Assembly (NCBI RefSeq): GCF_006345805.1
Contig: NC_043003.1
Span: 114,886,001-114,950,000 of the forward strand
Direction: 5' to 3'
Length of the DNA stretch: 64,000 bases
Origin: Octopus sinensis
Taxonomy: Eukaryota
Positions 36,930-51,292 of this stretch are shown piece after piece (the stretch's first letter is position 1; each line of letters begins with the position of its first letter). The translations under genes and the position numbers were made by a program. The notes below the pieces were generated by a model, which saw nothing but the letters and a program-made list of their open reading frames with translations, made no database searches and was not told the origin of the DNA.

Positions 36930-37260
36930 AGTCGCAGACAAAAATGACGACCATCGCTGACAATCAACTGAATGGTCTGTTCCGGACGACTTTCAAGTCA
37001 TGGCGAATTCCTGAAAATATTTGACCCGGTAGGACTAATGGGAGGTGGGGCAATGCCGGTTCGAGAAACACTCGACAGAAATGGAGGCGGCGTCAATCTC
37101 CCCTCTCCAAGATGTGCACAAGAGGACGAAACGGTGCTGTTGGCACTGTTCCAATGCCCGAGTATTGCTGACGTTTGGGTTTATGGAGTACACCTTTTGT
37201 GACATGTATGGCGGATATAACTATGAGCCGAGTGCTTGCGGTGATCGCCCCGCTACCTCC
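36930..37260 (+). mobile_element. L1/Tx1-clade LINE fragment (C-terminal zinc-finger region)
   Basis: AMPVRETLDRNGG...PRCAQEDETVL.ALFQCPSIADVW matches the ALPVR..L.R....C.RC...ET..H.LF.CP..W pattern. Confidence 0.65.
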
Positions 37261-38399
37261 CTTTAGTCAGGAAAGACAGGCAATTGTTACACTGTCTGGT
37301 ACAATTGGCGAAAGAAGTTATAAAATAAAAAGAATGATTGTATTCTACTGAACAGGCTTCAATCATTATTGATAAGACATAAGTGACTGAGAGATACTAT
37401 CGATCTTTCCACGGAGGAACACTTTATATGTTGCTTGATGTCCTTGAAGGTTTTATATAAACAAAAGAACTTGATTCATTTCGATAATACTTTCTGGAGA
37501 GCTGGAGAGCTTACTATGATATTGAAGCAGGAGTGTCGTTCGTTGTTGATACCAGTCATATATTACATATATGAGGTATCTCGCCTCGGGAATATGATTC
37601 ACATTTCAAATTCTATTCTGTTGTAAAAATAATAGTTATTATCTGTAGATGTCACCACCTGTTACAGCGTTAAAGATTTGTAGAACTATTCTCTAACTAA
37701 ATTCTATTTAATGGTGTCATTTGGATTTTCACTTTGAAGCCAACATGGAAACACTTGGATATATTCTCTTGCCCCGAACAATGTCACCGATCTGGCGGTA
37801 AATCAAATTCAAAATGTTAACTCTTTTATACTCCAATATTAACTTATGCAGATAATGTCTAGTTTCTTCGACTTTATGATATGATATATCAGTTGGATGC
37901 GTATAGTTACAAAAAGCATGTTTAAATTTACATATAGGGAAATAATTTTATTTCATCACATTGAAAACAAGAGTTTCAACTTGTTCTTAATGAAGTGGAA
38001 TATTTTGTACGCAATAGTCAAGGAATGGTTTATGTAAATGCTACTGAATCGCAGGTTAACGATCACTGGAGGTTATTTGAACTCAGAATTTGATGTCTTT
38101 CATCATTTGTCGAGTATGTCATAAACATTAAATCAAACCTTTTGTGAATCAACAGATCTTGAACGGAATCTTTGACAATTCTAAGACGCTATAAGCAGAC
38201 TTTAGATTCTAACAGAAATACTTTGATTTTTTTTTTTACAACGATGTTACATAGTCAAAAGTCGTTTCTCTCTGGGCTTTTCAAATTGTTTATGAGGAGT
38301 GAGAGAGGAATGGGAGGGAGAGAGGAAAGAAGGAAGAGATAAATTAGGATGTAAGTTAATAACAATAATAATTATACGAGAATACAAATAGCCTGGGCA

Positions 38400-38880
38400 A
38401 AGTTTAGAAAGCTTCCACCCCTACTGGTGAGAAAGGGTCTCTCACTCAGAGTGAAAAGTAGAGTGTACGACGCATGTGTGTGAACTGCCATGCTTCACGG
38501 TAGTGAAATATGGGCTGTGACTACAGAGGACATGCGTAGGCTTGAAAGAAATGAAGCTAACATGATCCACTGGATGTGTAATGTCAGTGTGCACACACGA
38601 CAGAGTGTAAGCTCCCTGAGAGAAATGCTGGACATAAGAAACATTGGATGTGGTGCGCAAGCGAGACGTTTGCGCTGGTATGGTCATGTACTACGATGGA
38701 TGAGGGGAGATGTGTGAAGTACCACTCCCAAACAGTTGAAGGTATCTGGGGGAGAGGTAGACCCAGGAAGACATGGGATGAGGTGGTCAAGCATGACCTT
38801 CGAACATTGGGCCTCACAGAGGCAATGAGGAAACCAAGATCTCTGGAGATATGCTGTGACTGCAAAGACCCGACAAATAA
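38400..38880 (+). mobile_element. RTE LINE 3' fragment
   Basis: KGLSLRVK.RVYDACV.TAMLHGSEIWA...RRLERNE..MIHWMC...RRLRWYGHVLR...GRGRPRKTWDEVVKHDL. Confidence 0.9.
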
Positions 38881-39454
38881 CGTGAGTTCATGGCTATTTC
38901 CTGCACCGGTTTCGCATAACAGCCCCAGTCTATCCAAAGTGCCATGGATTGCAGAACGACCTGCTGTGCTTACCTTGGATCGTAGGGTGACCTGCGAACC
39001 TCGTAATGTAGAGTTAATCTATATTGCTGATTGCAGAAGTAGTTTGTTGCTCAGCTGTGGAGAAGACAGATTTATTTTCACGGTCATAGTAAAAAGTGAG
39101 ACATGGAACCATTTCTAAATGCATATTCGAATATCTTAAACTGTAAAATTACTATCCACTAATGGAGCCACAAAACAACCGACATTATATAACGCGCCAC
39201 AACAAATCGATGCAGTATTGTTCGGATTACTTTTAGGGAAAATTACTTGTTGGGAAAATGACTTATTGAAGGGTGTAATGCAATATTTGTGCTACTCTAA
39301 TGATTAATGATTTATGAGCCAAGGAACCCAAGTGTTTTGAATATGGTAATAGTCATTGAGAAGAGTGTCGCTGTTATACAATGCATACGTGTATGAATAG
39401 ATATGCACAAAGATGGTGTCTCTCTTTCCTCTTTTACTCTTCATATATATATCT

Positions 39455-39754
39455 GGAGGCGCAATGGCCCAGTGGTTAGGGCAGCGGACTCGCGGTCGTA
39501 GGATCGCGGTTTCGATTCCCAGACCGGGCATTGTGAGTGTTTATTGAGGGAAAACATCTAAAGCTCCACGCGACTCCGGCAGGCGGTGGTGGCGATCCCT
39601 GCTGTACTCTTTCGCCACAACTTTCTCTCACTCTTTCTTCTGTTGGCCTGCTCGCTTAGCCAGCGTGGTGGCGTCATTTGAAGGCTAAAACAATGCGAAG
39701 CGCATTGTGACCAGCGATGTGTAGAAACATCTGAAGCCTGGTCGGTCACGGTGA
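39455..39754 (+). mobile_element. SINE family B
   Basis: Near-identical to 25210-25504. Confidence 0.92.
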
Positions 39755-40260
39755 TATATATATATATTTTTTCTTGTTTCAGCTCAGAGCTGCGGCCATG
39801 CTGATGTACCTGTGTATGAATTCTTCTTTCTATTAAGTTCCAAACTTAAGAAATAATATTTATACACATATACTTTTTCTCCTTCTCTTTCCCTTTCACA
39901 CACAAGTACATGCTGATATATCTCTCATACACGTAACTGCACGCATGTTGGCTATGCGCTGCACAGCACACATGTCTCTTTTCTGATTTTATACTTTTCA
40001 ATAAGATATTTGCTACATTAACATATTTGTACAAGCCGTCTGCTTAGAAAACTGAACTGACCGAATCCATCGTCATCAACGTTTGAATTAAGAGAGATAT
40101 GGAAGACTATCTGTTTACTTTTCGTTGCGGCTGACTTTAGCTTTATATGCATCTATACGCATATACCAATGAGCTCCCACGCATACACACCTACATATTT
40201 AGATATATATGTATCCATTTTGTACGTGTTTAAATACGTACATATATATATATATATATA

Positions 40261-40395
40261 TGTTTCCGACGAAGAGCTCCGCTCGAAACGTTGAACACTC
40301 CTTCTTTCCTTTTTCCTGAGCGTCCAATAATACTATATTTGTTCCACGTCCTCGCGTTGTTGTGTTTTTTTGTGCTTTCTTGTTTGGATTAACTA
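40261..40395 (+). mobile_element. Short hammerhead-bearing mini-element between (TA)n tracts
   Basis: TGTTT CCGACGA A GAGC TCC GCTC GAAA CG TT GAACA at 40261-40298: 5-bp stem I, palindromic AACGTT stem III, U4C core variant. Confidence 0.6.
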
Positions 40396-40403
40396 TATAT
40401 ATA

Positions 40404-40457
<54 letters not shown>

Positions 40458-40458
40458 T

Positions 40459-40519
<61 letters not shown>

Positions 40520-40525
<6 letters not shown>

Positions 40526-40760
40526 AAACCATGGTCTGGGAAATAATTGAGATGGTAAACGTTTTTAATTTTCATTCCTTTCGGGAATTTATCCTTAATT
40601 GGTGGTTTGAGTTTTCTACTGCACTTTCTAGCACAAGGCTTTCCTATTTGGAAGCCTCTTGTATTTCTATGTGAATAATATGTAGTCTAATGACTAATTC
40701 GTTTTTGTGCTAGGCCACTGGTAATAATAATTTCTTATTACCCTATTGTTATTTATTGTT
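40520..40760 (+). mobile_element. Second copy of the 7728-7960 Penelope-like fragment, after a (TA)n tract
   Basis: Near-identical to 7728-7960. Confidence 0.65.
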
Positions 40761-40782
40761 TAAATATATATAAAGGGTAAAG

Positions 40783-41117
40783 AACCCCTTCGGTCATGAA
40801 TGACCATGGGATTGCACCTAGAAAGTTACCCTCCAAGACACAAGTCTGGGCAAGGTTGTTTATGGAAGACCAGCAGTCGCCCATGCATACCAGCCTCCCC
40901 TCTCCACGCCACCAGTGTTATCCAAGGGAAAGGCAAAGGGGCCGATACATCTTGGCACCAGTGACGTCGCAACTCATTTCTACAGCTGAGTGAACTGGAG
41001 CAACGTGAAATAAAGTGTCTTGCTCAAGAACACAACACGCAGCCCGGTCCGGGATTCGAACTCACAACCTCACGATCGTAAGCTCGACGCTCTAACCACT
41101 GAGCCATGCGCCTTCAC
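40783..41117 (-). mobile_element. SINE family C, full length
   Basis: Reverse match to 8911-9233 with an intact tRNA-like head. Confidence 0.92.
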
Positions 41118-41139
41118 ATTAATAATATAATATATTATT

Positions 41140-41236
<97 letters not shown>

Positions 41237-41259
41237 TATATAATATATATATATATATA

Positions 41260-41293
<34 letters not shown>

Positions 41294-41317
41294 ATATATA
41301 TGTATATGTGTATATAT

Positions 41318-41482
41318 AGCGCAAGAGTAGCTGTGTGGTAAATAGCTTGCTTATCAACACATGATTCTGGGTTCAGTCCCACTGCGTACCACTTTTGGCA
41401 AGTGTCTTCTACTATAGCCTCGGGTCGACCAAAGCCTGTGATTGGATTTGGTAGACAGAAATTGAAAAAGAAACCCGTCGTG
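41318..41482 (+). mobile_element. SINE family A, 5' half
   Basis: Head through GAAACCCGTCG, then a long (TA)n tract. The 3' half is not seen. Confidence 0.8.
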
Positions 41483-41546
41483 TATGTATATATATATATA
41501 GATATATATTATATATATATAATATAATATATTATATATACATATA

Positions 41547-41601
<55 letters not shown>

Positions 41602-41621
41602 TATATATATATACATACATA

Positions 41622-41667
<46 letters not shown>

Positions 41668-41744
41668 TATATATATATATAAAGATATAGGTATACATAT
41701 GTTTCTTGGATTCTATAAATACATAGATACATAGATTCGATGGA

Positions 41745-42130
41745 AAGACTATTTTCCCAATGAAGAGACTCTGCTCCGGGTTGAACTCCCTGCATAGAAG
41801 CTATCATGGGACGACACGGCTTCTATGCAGAACTCCGGAATTCCTTTTCCGAAACCAACTCAAGCCTACTCTACTCTGCTTTTCCACTGACTCAAATATC
41901 TGTAAGACAATCGCCAAGGACTGCTCAAAGTGGCGGCATATCGTCATCGAGGGAACGAACCAGAAGTAGTATGACAGACGTCAAGAGACAGAGATCAGAC
42001 GTCCAAGGCTCAAAGAAAGACAGGACTCCACCACCCCACCTCGCAAATCAGCGCCTGCGACAAATGCTCCAGGCTTTTCTATACTTCTTTTGGCCTGAAC
42101 AGTCACCTGAGACAGCGGTACCCTCGGCAC
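41745..42130 (+). mobile_element. RTE (BovB-like) LINE 3' fragment with terminal C2H2 finger
   Basis: FYAELRN...RNQLKPTL...TIAKDCSKWRHIV.EG and ACDKCSRLFYTSFGLNSHLR. Confidence 0.72.
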
Positions 42131-42209
42131 CCGTCAAGCTGGTTTGAGTTTAATACTCGGTTTAGATTTAATACCCGGACATGAGTTAGTGACGACGACG
42201 GCAATGACA

Positions 42210-42640
42210 GCAAATACATACGTACGTACATGCATACAAACAAACATACATATATACATACATACATACATACATACATACATACATACATACATACATA
42301 CATACAAACATACATACATACATACATACATACATGCACACATACATAATACATACATACATACATACATACAAACATACATACATACACACATACATAC
42401 ATACATACATACATACATACATACACACATACACACATACAAACGTACATACGTACATACATACATACACATATACATACATACATACATACATAGACAC
42501 ACACAAATACACACACATATATATATATATATATACATATATACATATACATATATATATATATATATATACATAAATACATATACAAACACATACACAC
42601 ACACATGAACACACACACGGACACACACAAACACACACAT
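42210..42640. repeat. (ACAT)n / (TA)n / (AC)n microsatellite
   Basis: Direct reading. Confidence 0.95.
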
Positions 42641-44874
42641 ATTCACACAGACTTATACAACATACATATAACTATATCAGTGTATGTGTGTATGTTTGTA
42701 ACTATGTATATATATATTTTTTTCTCTAGTTTCAGCTCAGAGCTGCGGCCATATCTATTAGGTATCTATACATTTATGTATGTATGTATAGATGACAAAT
42801 AAAATGACAGTGATAAATACTTTCACGCTAAATGAAGATTGATGCAAAACCTATTTGTCTTTTTAGTGTGGACAGCATTCTGATTTATACGAAAGAGAGT
42901 GAGAGAGGCTTTCATGGTTGAATCTTTGAAATATTCACAGAAAGACACGCCATTATAAATGCCTGACTGTCTTATCTAATTCACTAGTAAGTATAATGTG
43001 TGTATATTGGATGAAGTTTATAGAATTCATAAAATCATTTCGCTATGTTTGTTCTTTTGTTCTTTTGTGTAAATATACTTTCATCTTCACCAATGTACCA
43101 TGCTACACCCTTTGCAGCCACTATATTTTGAGTTGCAGACACCAGTTGTATTTGTTTCAAGACTTGTGTCCATAACTCTAGGATTTGCTTGACCAGAGCT
43201 CATTGATTTCAACCTTATTAAGCAGACCGAATGACTCTTGAAAATGTTTAAATTTTCAGCCATTCAAGTTAGAGCAGCATGACGAAACGGACATAGAGAT
43301 ATTAATCATTCCTTTTTTTTAATCATTATTTTATTGATTTTCTTGCGTTATTTCCTATTGAATTATATGGTAAAGCAGTAGTAATATTAAGCCAATAAAC
43401 TTAACCCATGATCACATGACGTTGGTTTTACTATGTCTGCCATAATAGTGTTATGTCAAACAATTATTCAAATAAACAAAACTGATTTGAAGATAGTCAG
43501 ATGTTTTCTTTAATCTTCTTTAGGAAAGAAAACTCGAATTGCAGTCCATGAATGTTGTAGACAAAGCGTCTAAGTATTTGATGCCAATTCTTCCAACGTA
43601 AATAACAGAGTGATAATAGAACATTGTTGAAGTGTCTTCATGCATCAAGATTTATGGAAATCCAATATATTAGCGCATAAAAAAACCAACAAAGCACAAA
43701 CAATTCTTTTTATTGCTTACGGTCAGCTCAATACAAAAATTTCTTAAACCTTTTAAAGAATAGTAGAAAAGTAATTTATTTACAAAAGCCAAATCCATTA
43801 TTACGAAAACTGTAAAGATCAGTTCTAAATGTTTCACGAATCCAATAAAAATATTTTCTTTTTCTATTACTATTTGCTTTGCTTCGGGAACCGTTATTTA
43901 CCGAAGTTTAGATAAAAATTCATTTGGAAGTTTTCCTATTTTTCATTATTCTATAATTTGATTGAGGAAAGAAATTAAAACAGAAAAATGAACGAGATTT
44001 TGGAAACTGTACACAAAATTTATGGATATTATTTTCGTTTCTGTCACCATCTCAGAAGTTATCGTTGATAAATATTATTTCTTATGAGAGTTGTATTCCA
44101 TAAAATATACACGGATAGATTGAGAATTATTCGAGTGTCACTCCTCTAAATTGATATATTAAGATGTGCAAGAGACGTTCTATTCCCTAACAACAAACTA
44201 ATGTCTTGTATATGTTAAATCAGCATCATTATCTCTTAATTATTGAATTGAGAGGCGTTTTAATTGAATATATACTTGTGAAACCACTTTGTCATTTACT
44301 GAAACAACTTACATATCAAAACACTCTTCCTGAATATAAATTAGTAGTAAGATATTACACGACCAGTTTACGAAGTTAAGCAGCTCAATACTCTATCATA
44401 TGCGGAAGTATTTAAAAATCATTAATCGAAGTACAAAGAGTTCAGGCTTGAGTCTCTCTATTGCTAGTTTGGGTCTTAGAAGTGTTTTCATTTTTGCAAA
44501 GTTATATTTTATGAATAAATTATATACAATAATTAGAAAGGTGCAACACTGTGAATGTCAAAAGTCTGCCACGAGAAGGGGTTTTTATACTAGTAAAATT
44601 AAAAAAACAAATCGTTGTTTAAGTACTGTTCATATACTAAATGTATTTATAGAATAAGGCGAATAATTTAAGTATGTCTCTACATAAAAGGGGTACGACT
44701 ATAGCATGCGGTTTCGAGTTCAGTTCCATTGCATGACAACATGGACACGTGTCTTCTAGTTCGTTGTCGACCGATGTGTACATATATATGTTTATGTTTA
44801 TATATATATATATATCGTTTTTGGATTTGGTTTGCAAGATTCTTTATATGAGTTCGTGTGTTTGAAGCATATTC

Positions 44875-45058
44875 TGTTGTGTCTGGGGAGAGTCATTTTC
44901 TTTTTGTGCCTTATTATGTAACACACACACCGGTAAAATGTCCACTTTTTACTTCTTTTTTATTTTTATTGTCCTAAAAATAAGAAAAAAGTGGAAATTT
45001 TACCGGTGAGTGTGTTACATAAGGCACAAAAAGAAAATGATTCTCCCCAGACACAACA

Positions 45059-45059
<1 letters not shown>
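44875..45059. mobile_element. Fold-back mini-element with ~85 bp arms next to (TA)n
   Basis: CTGTTGTGTCTGGGGAGAGTCATTTTCTTTTTGTGCCTTAT...CCGGTAAAAT is mirrored by ...ATTTTACCGG...ATAAGGCACAAAAAGAAAATGATTCTCCCCAGACACAACAG. Confidence 0.78.
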
Positions 45060-45140
<81 letters not shown>

Positions 45141-45998
45141 ATATGTATATATATATATGCACACATACATACATACATGCATGCATGCATGCATGCATGC
45201 ATACATACATACATACATACATACATACATACATACATACATACATACATACATACTTACATGGTGGCTGCCCCCTCGTTATCGAGTATGGCCATTGCAC
45301 GAAGCTTAATCAATGTTGTTATGGTGCAATGCCTGTGCAAGATTTTTTTTAAAGTGAGGAAAGGCTGTGCACTGAGTCAATCCCACTCACTAAGCAACAG
45401 CAGCCATAATCCGTAAAGAAGAACAAGTCAACATCATCGGTAACCACTGAGCCGCACGTTTTATGTCGGAGTTATCCCAGTTACCCGAGTTACCTTCTCC
45501 TAGAAGGATGCCCTAGCAAAGGCTAGGAGTCCTTCACTCCCAATGGTTTAACCGCGCGATCGGGTATTCAGTCCGATTATTTCTATGTCCCAGCGCATGA
45601 TACATCCTTAACACATTTATTGAATGGCCGTTGACTCTCAAGAGTTCCTCCGCCCTTTGACAGGTTTTGTTTTTCATATATACATTTTTCTCGGCAGCCG
45701 CATTAGCAGCGTATAATGTATTCTCTGTTTCCTATACACATCGAAGCATGACTATCATTTAAGCAGGTGACATCCACTGCACCATCATTGACATGTTTCA
45801 ACGAAAGCGATATCACATCAGAGGTTCCCGAATGACTGCAGCTGTTTACATATATTGTATGTGTTTAGTCCATAGATTATATCTGAGGTAATTCTACAGC
45901 ATTATGTTCCGCATCATTGTCCTTATGTTAATTTTAATTTTGCAGTTTCAATTACTTTATTAATTAATAAATTCATTCTTTCATTAAAGCAATGAAAC

Positions 45999-46413
45999 AG
46001 GCGCAGGAGTGGCTGTGTGGTAAGTAGCTTGCTAACCAACCACATGGTTCCGGATTCAGTCCCATTGCGTGGCATCTTCGGCAAGTGTCTTCTGCTATAG
46101 CCCCGGGCCGACCAATGCCTTGTGAGTGGATTTGGTAGACGGAAACAGAAAGAAGCCTGTCATATATATGTATATATAAGTGTGTGTGTATATGTTTGTG
46201 TGTCTGTGTTTGTCCCCCTAGCATTGCTTGACAACCGATGCTGGTGTGTTTACGTCTCCGTCACTTAGCGGTTCGGCAAAAGAGACCGATAGAATAAGTA
46301 CTGGGCTTACAAAGAATAAGTCCAGGGGTCGATTTGCTCGACTAAAGGCGGTGCTCCAGCATGGCCGCAGTCAAATGACTGAAACATGTAAAGGAGTAAA
46401 AGAGTAAAAGAGT
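45999..46413 (+). mobile_element. SINE family A, full length, young
   Basis: Near-identical to 60276-60693, with a (GTAAAAGA)n tail. Confidence 0.93.
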
Positions 46414-46807
46414 ATAACGAAACATAACAAAAAAAAACACTAACAACACTCACACCCAGGGGTCGGGTTTGAACTAAATTTCCTTCCCGCTTCCATTTCG
46501 TGCTTTGTGTTTTCATATACCCAAGAGTATAAAGAATTTTGCCCTTAAAACCGTTCGTTTTCAGAACGTACTTCAAATGTGTAGCTGCACTGTGAAATGA
46601 TTCATTACCCGCGCGGTGGTGGGAGACTTTATTCCTGATAAAATTTAAAAATATGTTTTAAAACCAAAATTTGGTGTAAATTCCTACAATGATATAAGTG
46701 AGACGCTCATGCGGATTTGTGTAAGCTTTCTAAGAGTTGTAGACTTTACACATATCAGTGTCTCTAAGCGGCTATTCATCGGAATAGTAACTTCTATGTT
46801 CCTTCAA

Positions 46808-47105
46808 TCTTTTATCTTTTACTTGTTTCAGTTATTAAACTGCAGCCACTAAGTTACGGGGACCACTAAGTTACAGGACCACTAAGTTACGGGGACGTAA
46901 ACATACGAACTCCGGTTGTCAAACGGTGTAGTGAGGGACAAATATAGACACACATATATAATTATACGAAGGGTTTCTTTCAGTTTCCATCAACCAAATC
47001 CATTCACAAAGACCGAAGCTATTGCATCAGATACTTTGCCAAGGTTCCACGAAGCAGGATGAATCCGAACGCATGTACTTGGAAAGCAAACAGCACGCAG
47101 CAAAT
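46808..47105 (-). mobile_element. SINE family A, decayed, with a triplicated ~16 bp unit
   Basis: CCACTAAGTTAC(G/A)GG(G)A occurs three times. The remainder is homologous to family A. Confidence 0.7.
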
Positions 47106-48659
47106 CCTATACAAATTTCCAAATTCGTCTTCGTGTTTTCTACATCATTTCAATCTTTATAATTTCATTATTCTACACGGCTTTTAATAAATATATTTTC
47201 TATAAAATATTTTTCTTTATGTCAACGACGTTTTCTGTGAATGTTGCTTCAGTGATAATATTTTAAAATACAAACCATGACTTCAATATAAATTTAATAT
47301 CACTAAATTTTCGTACATTTCAACTCGAGTTTTTTAATTGCTATGTTATAATTTCTGATTTGAAATCAGAACTTACAAGTGTTTTATATTATATTCACTT
47401 AGTTTGTTGTCTTTCCTTGAGATAATTCGGAATAGCTGTGGTGATTCGTTGCACGAAAATTAAGCGTTAACGATATTGAATCGAACGTTGTTTGGAACAC
47501 AAAAGTTTATATTGACATACATTGAAAATAACAAAAATAATGGTTACAATTACACTACTTGCTCTTTATTAAACAATAAAGTCTGGCTTTGCAAACAGAA
47601 ATTTTTTTAGATTCACTTATATAGCTAATCTAATTTTTGAAATTATTTTAAATTTGATATGAAGTCTGTTAGTATTTTAAATTTAAAATAAAAAAAAATA
47701 TTGCTTCATTAATCCAGATTTAATCTTCTTAGATTTTGTTTATAAATTAATGGGAAATAAAATACATTTTCAATCAAAACACTCATCTATCTCCTTTTGT
47801 CAGATTACTTGGATTTCCGCCATAATTAATTCTCAAAATACTTCCAGATAGATTGAATATTCGCATGGTTACTGATTACAAATTACAACGTGTAATTAGC
47901 TCCTAGAGTAAATCTCATTTAAATTTCAAATTTACTTAAATTCACATTTTGCAGAAGTCACGTAAAAAATATTTGAAGTAAATAATACATCTTCAATAAT
48001 TGATTAGAAGACAACCAGAGCCCAATGCATTTTGAGATTTTCGAGGGCTTTCAAAGTACGTGAAGTGAAGCAAAAGAGTTATGTAAAAGGAGTTATGTAA
48101 AACCGGAGGACGTCGACCAAATAAGTGCAACATAGAATTGCGTTAAGACCACTCAGGCAGAAGGTGAATCTAGTGACAATGGGTTATGTGCACGAAATAT
48201 AAAGCTCAGAATATAATCAAACAGAATCTATAACGAAATCAAATCCGACTCCCTCACCTTTCGTTAACCATGAACTCTGTGTTAAACGTAAGATTAAGAT
48301 TCTGTCGCTTTGAATATCACTGCGCTGATATTCAGGAATCATATCAATTTCAAATCTTGGCACAACGCCAGCAAATGCGGTAGCAGTGTTGGTAGTGATG
48401 GGCGCGGTGCAAGTCGATTGCATAGACCTCAGTGCTTAGCTGCTACTTATTTTACCAATGCCGAACGGATGTAGGTCAAATTCGATCTCGATGAAATTTG
48501 AAACCAGACCATCAAGATGGCATTATAACCATTCTGCCAACTCTGCATTACATTCAGAACAAATATCGAAACATATTATATACTAGGTTATTACAAGACT
48601 GTCGATTCGCCACCCAATTTCCTTTTCTCATGCTTTATGGCTTTTAATTCATCGTAAAG

Positions 48660-48990
48660 TAGTTCGCAACTACGTGGTTTTGTGTTTAGTTTCAGTTTAA
48701 GGGACCTAGGCTTCATGCCTTCTGTTCTAAGGAACGTCTGACCGATTCTAAGTGTATTTAGAAGACATTCTCTGCCTGAACGATCGGCATGTGTGTGTGT
48801 TGTTCTTATGTTTATCCGCCATCACCACTTCACAACATGTGTGGGTTTGTTTACACACCGGTAACATAGCAGCTCAGTTAAAAAGAAATATAAAAAATAT
48901 ATTTATATTCAAATAGTGAGTTCTGGTATTGACTGAACCTACAATGTGGTACTCCAGCGTGGTTTCAGTCAAATGACTAAAGCAAGTTTT
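48660..48990 (+). mobile_element. Very decayed SINE family A
   Basis: Remnants of the head, the TG tract and GTACTCCAGCGTGGTTTCAGTCAAATGACTAAAGC. Confidence 0.55.
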
Positions 48991-49999
48991 AAAAAAATAG
49001 TTTAAGCTGAAATACCTCAATAGTCAAGTTATAATGGCACTTTGATTTTGTTTTTTCCGCTCTATATTTCAAGTTCGCTAGCAATAGGCTCAATGTCATG
49101 AAGCGGTGATTCGAAACCGAATCGCTAAATACACAGTCAGACATCACGACCGATACACAATAATTTTACGTGATCATACTATTAAGCAGCCAATCTTCTA
49201 GAATATTTATCTTGTGTCCTATAAAAACCGTTTTTGGCGGTAATTAATCGCAAATTTTGAGGTAGATGAGCAATATGTACCTCCATTGCTGCCAGGCAGA
49301 CGACCAACGCAGACGACCAACGCAGACGGCCTACGACAGACGAACAAGAACATCCAACACCACGAATATAGCACAGTTTATCTTAGATATGTTGGACCAT
49401 CTGCATGCTGCCAATTCAATAGTTTTCCGTAATCCCAGTGCAGTATCTTTCTTCCAGTCTGCAATTGTTATGAACGCTGGTCTTTGAGAAAACAAGGAAA
49501 AAAAAACCGAGGGGTAAATACGCGAAGCCGGTTGTTCAAAGTATTATGCAGTAAGTTTGCAGCAAGTTTGATAGATTGCTTGGATATACGTACCAGATTA
49601 TATAAATCTACCAATTTAGCATGAAACTATTAGCGACACATTTGTAAATACTATTCATTTCTCACTGTAATTTTCTTTGTTTAACCTACCTATAAGAGAA
49701 CTGTAACCTACATACATACACACACACGCACACACACACACATATGGAAAGAAAGAAAGAGGGAGAGAGAGAGAGAGAGAAATCTGTGTGTATGCGTTTG
49801 TAAAGATAGATCGAGTGAGAGAAATGAAAGCAGAAATGATGTAAGGTTTGTACATGTAAAAATAGGGAACCGAGAGTTTAAGGTGAAGAGCTCACGATAA
49901 TATTGCTGTGGCCTCCACTCCTGGGATGATTTGAATCATCAGGAAGTTTGTTCATTTCTCGATTTTAGGGAATGGAAAACGCATTTTACGTATATACAT

Positions 50000-50335
50000 A
50001 CATTTCTCTTTCTCTTTCTCTCTCTCTCTCTCTCTATCGATCTATATATATATATTTATGTATGTATATATATATATATATATGTATGTATATCTATCTA
50101 TATATATATATGTATGTATATATGTACACACACATATATATATATATACATATATATATGTATGTATGCATATCTATCTATCTATATGTATATATGTATG
50201 TATGTATATATATATATATATGTATATATATATGTATGTATGTATATATATATATACATAGATAGATAGATAGATATGCATACATACATATATATATGTA
50301 TATATATATATATATATTTATACGTATATATAAAT

Positions 50336-50400
<65 letters not shown>
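50000..50400. repeat. (CT)n/(TA)n/(TATG)n/(AC)n compound microsatellite
   Basis: Direct reading. Confidence 0.93.
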
Positions 50401-50739
50401 GCAACATGCGTCGCATTTCCGAAATAAACGAGAAATGAAAGATAAACAATAAACAATAAATAATAGGAATAAATAATATAAAATGCTACTCTCGAGAAAA
50501 AAAAAAGATACTTGTTTTGTGAATAAAAAAAAGAAGTTCCTTCTTAGCGCTTGACATTTGACATAAGATAGCATTGGAATTCATTTTTCTATTAATGAAA
50601 TGGAAACCAATACACAGTGTCGCAGACACACACATAAACCTTGACAAATACATATGCTTACAATGTGGGCACATTCTCGTCTGCGTGTGTCTGCTGCTAT
50701 GCTTACGCGCTTCTCTATACACATACAATTAAATATATA

Positions 50740-50834
50740 ATTATATGTATGTGTATATATGCACATACATATATATATCTGTATGTATGTGTGTGTAAGT
50801 GCGCAGATATATACATATACACACAAATATATAT

Positions 50835-50868
<34 letters not shown>

Positions 50869-50887
50869 CATATATGTGTATGAATAC

Positions 50888-50924
<37 letters not shown>

Positions 50925-51060
50925 ATATATGTATTCGTTTTCGTTTTTCGTTTTTCTTGTTTCAGCTCAGAGCCGCGGCTATGATGGTGCACCGCCGTTA
51001 TGTGTGTATGTATACGCATACATTCATGAATACATACATATATACATAGGTCCTTTATAT

Positions 51061-51124
<64 letters not shown>

Positions 51125-51292
51125 TGTATATATATGTATATATATATGTATATATATATGTATATAATATATATACATATATATATATTCATACATATTT
51201 GCTCTTACATACATACCCGCACTTACTTATATACATATATATATATATGCATACATATATATATACGTACATACCTACATACATACATATAT
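50740..51292. repeat. TA-rich microsatellite region containing a SINE tail stub at ~50950-50995
   Basis: The stub TTTCTTGTTTCAGCTCAGAGC(C/T)GCGGC also occurs at ~39772 and ~42730. Confidence 0.85.

Noticed and set aside
42867-42984. Acceptor/donor pair (TTTTTAG ... CTA|GTAAGT)
   Set aside because: All three frames contain stops. It cannot be supported as a coding exon, and there is no evidence for a non-coding one.
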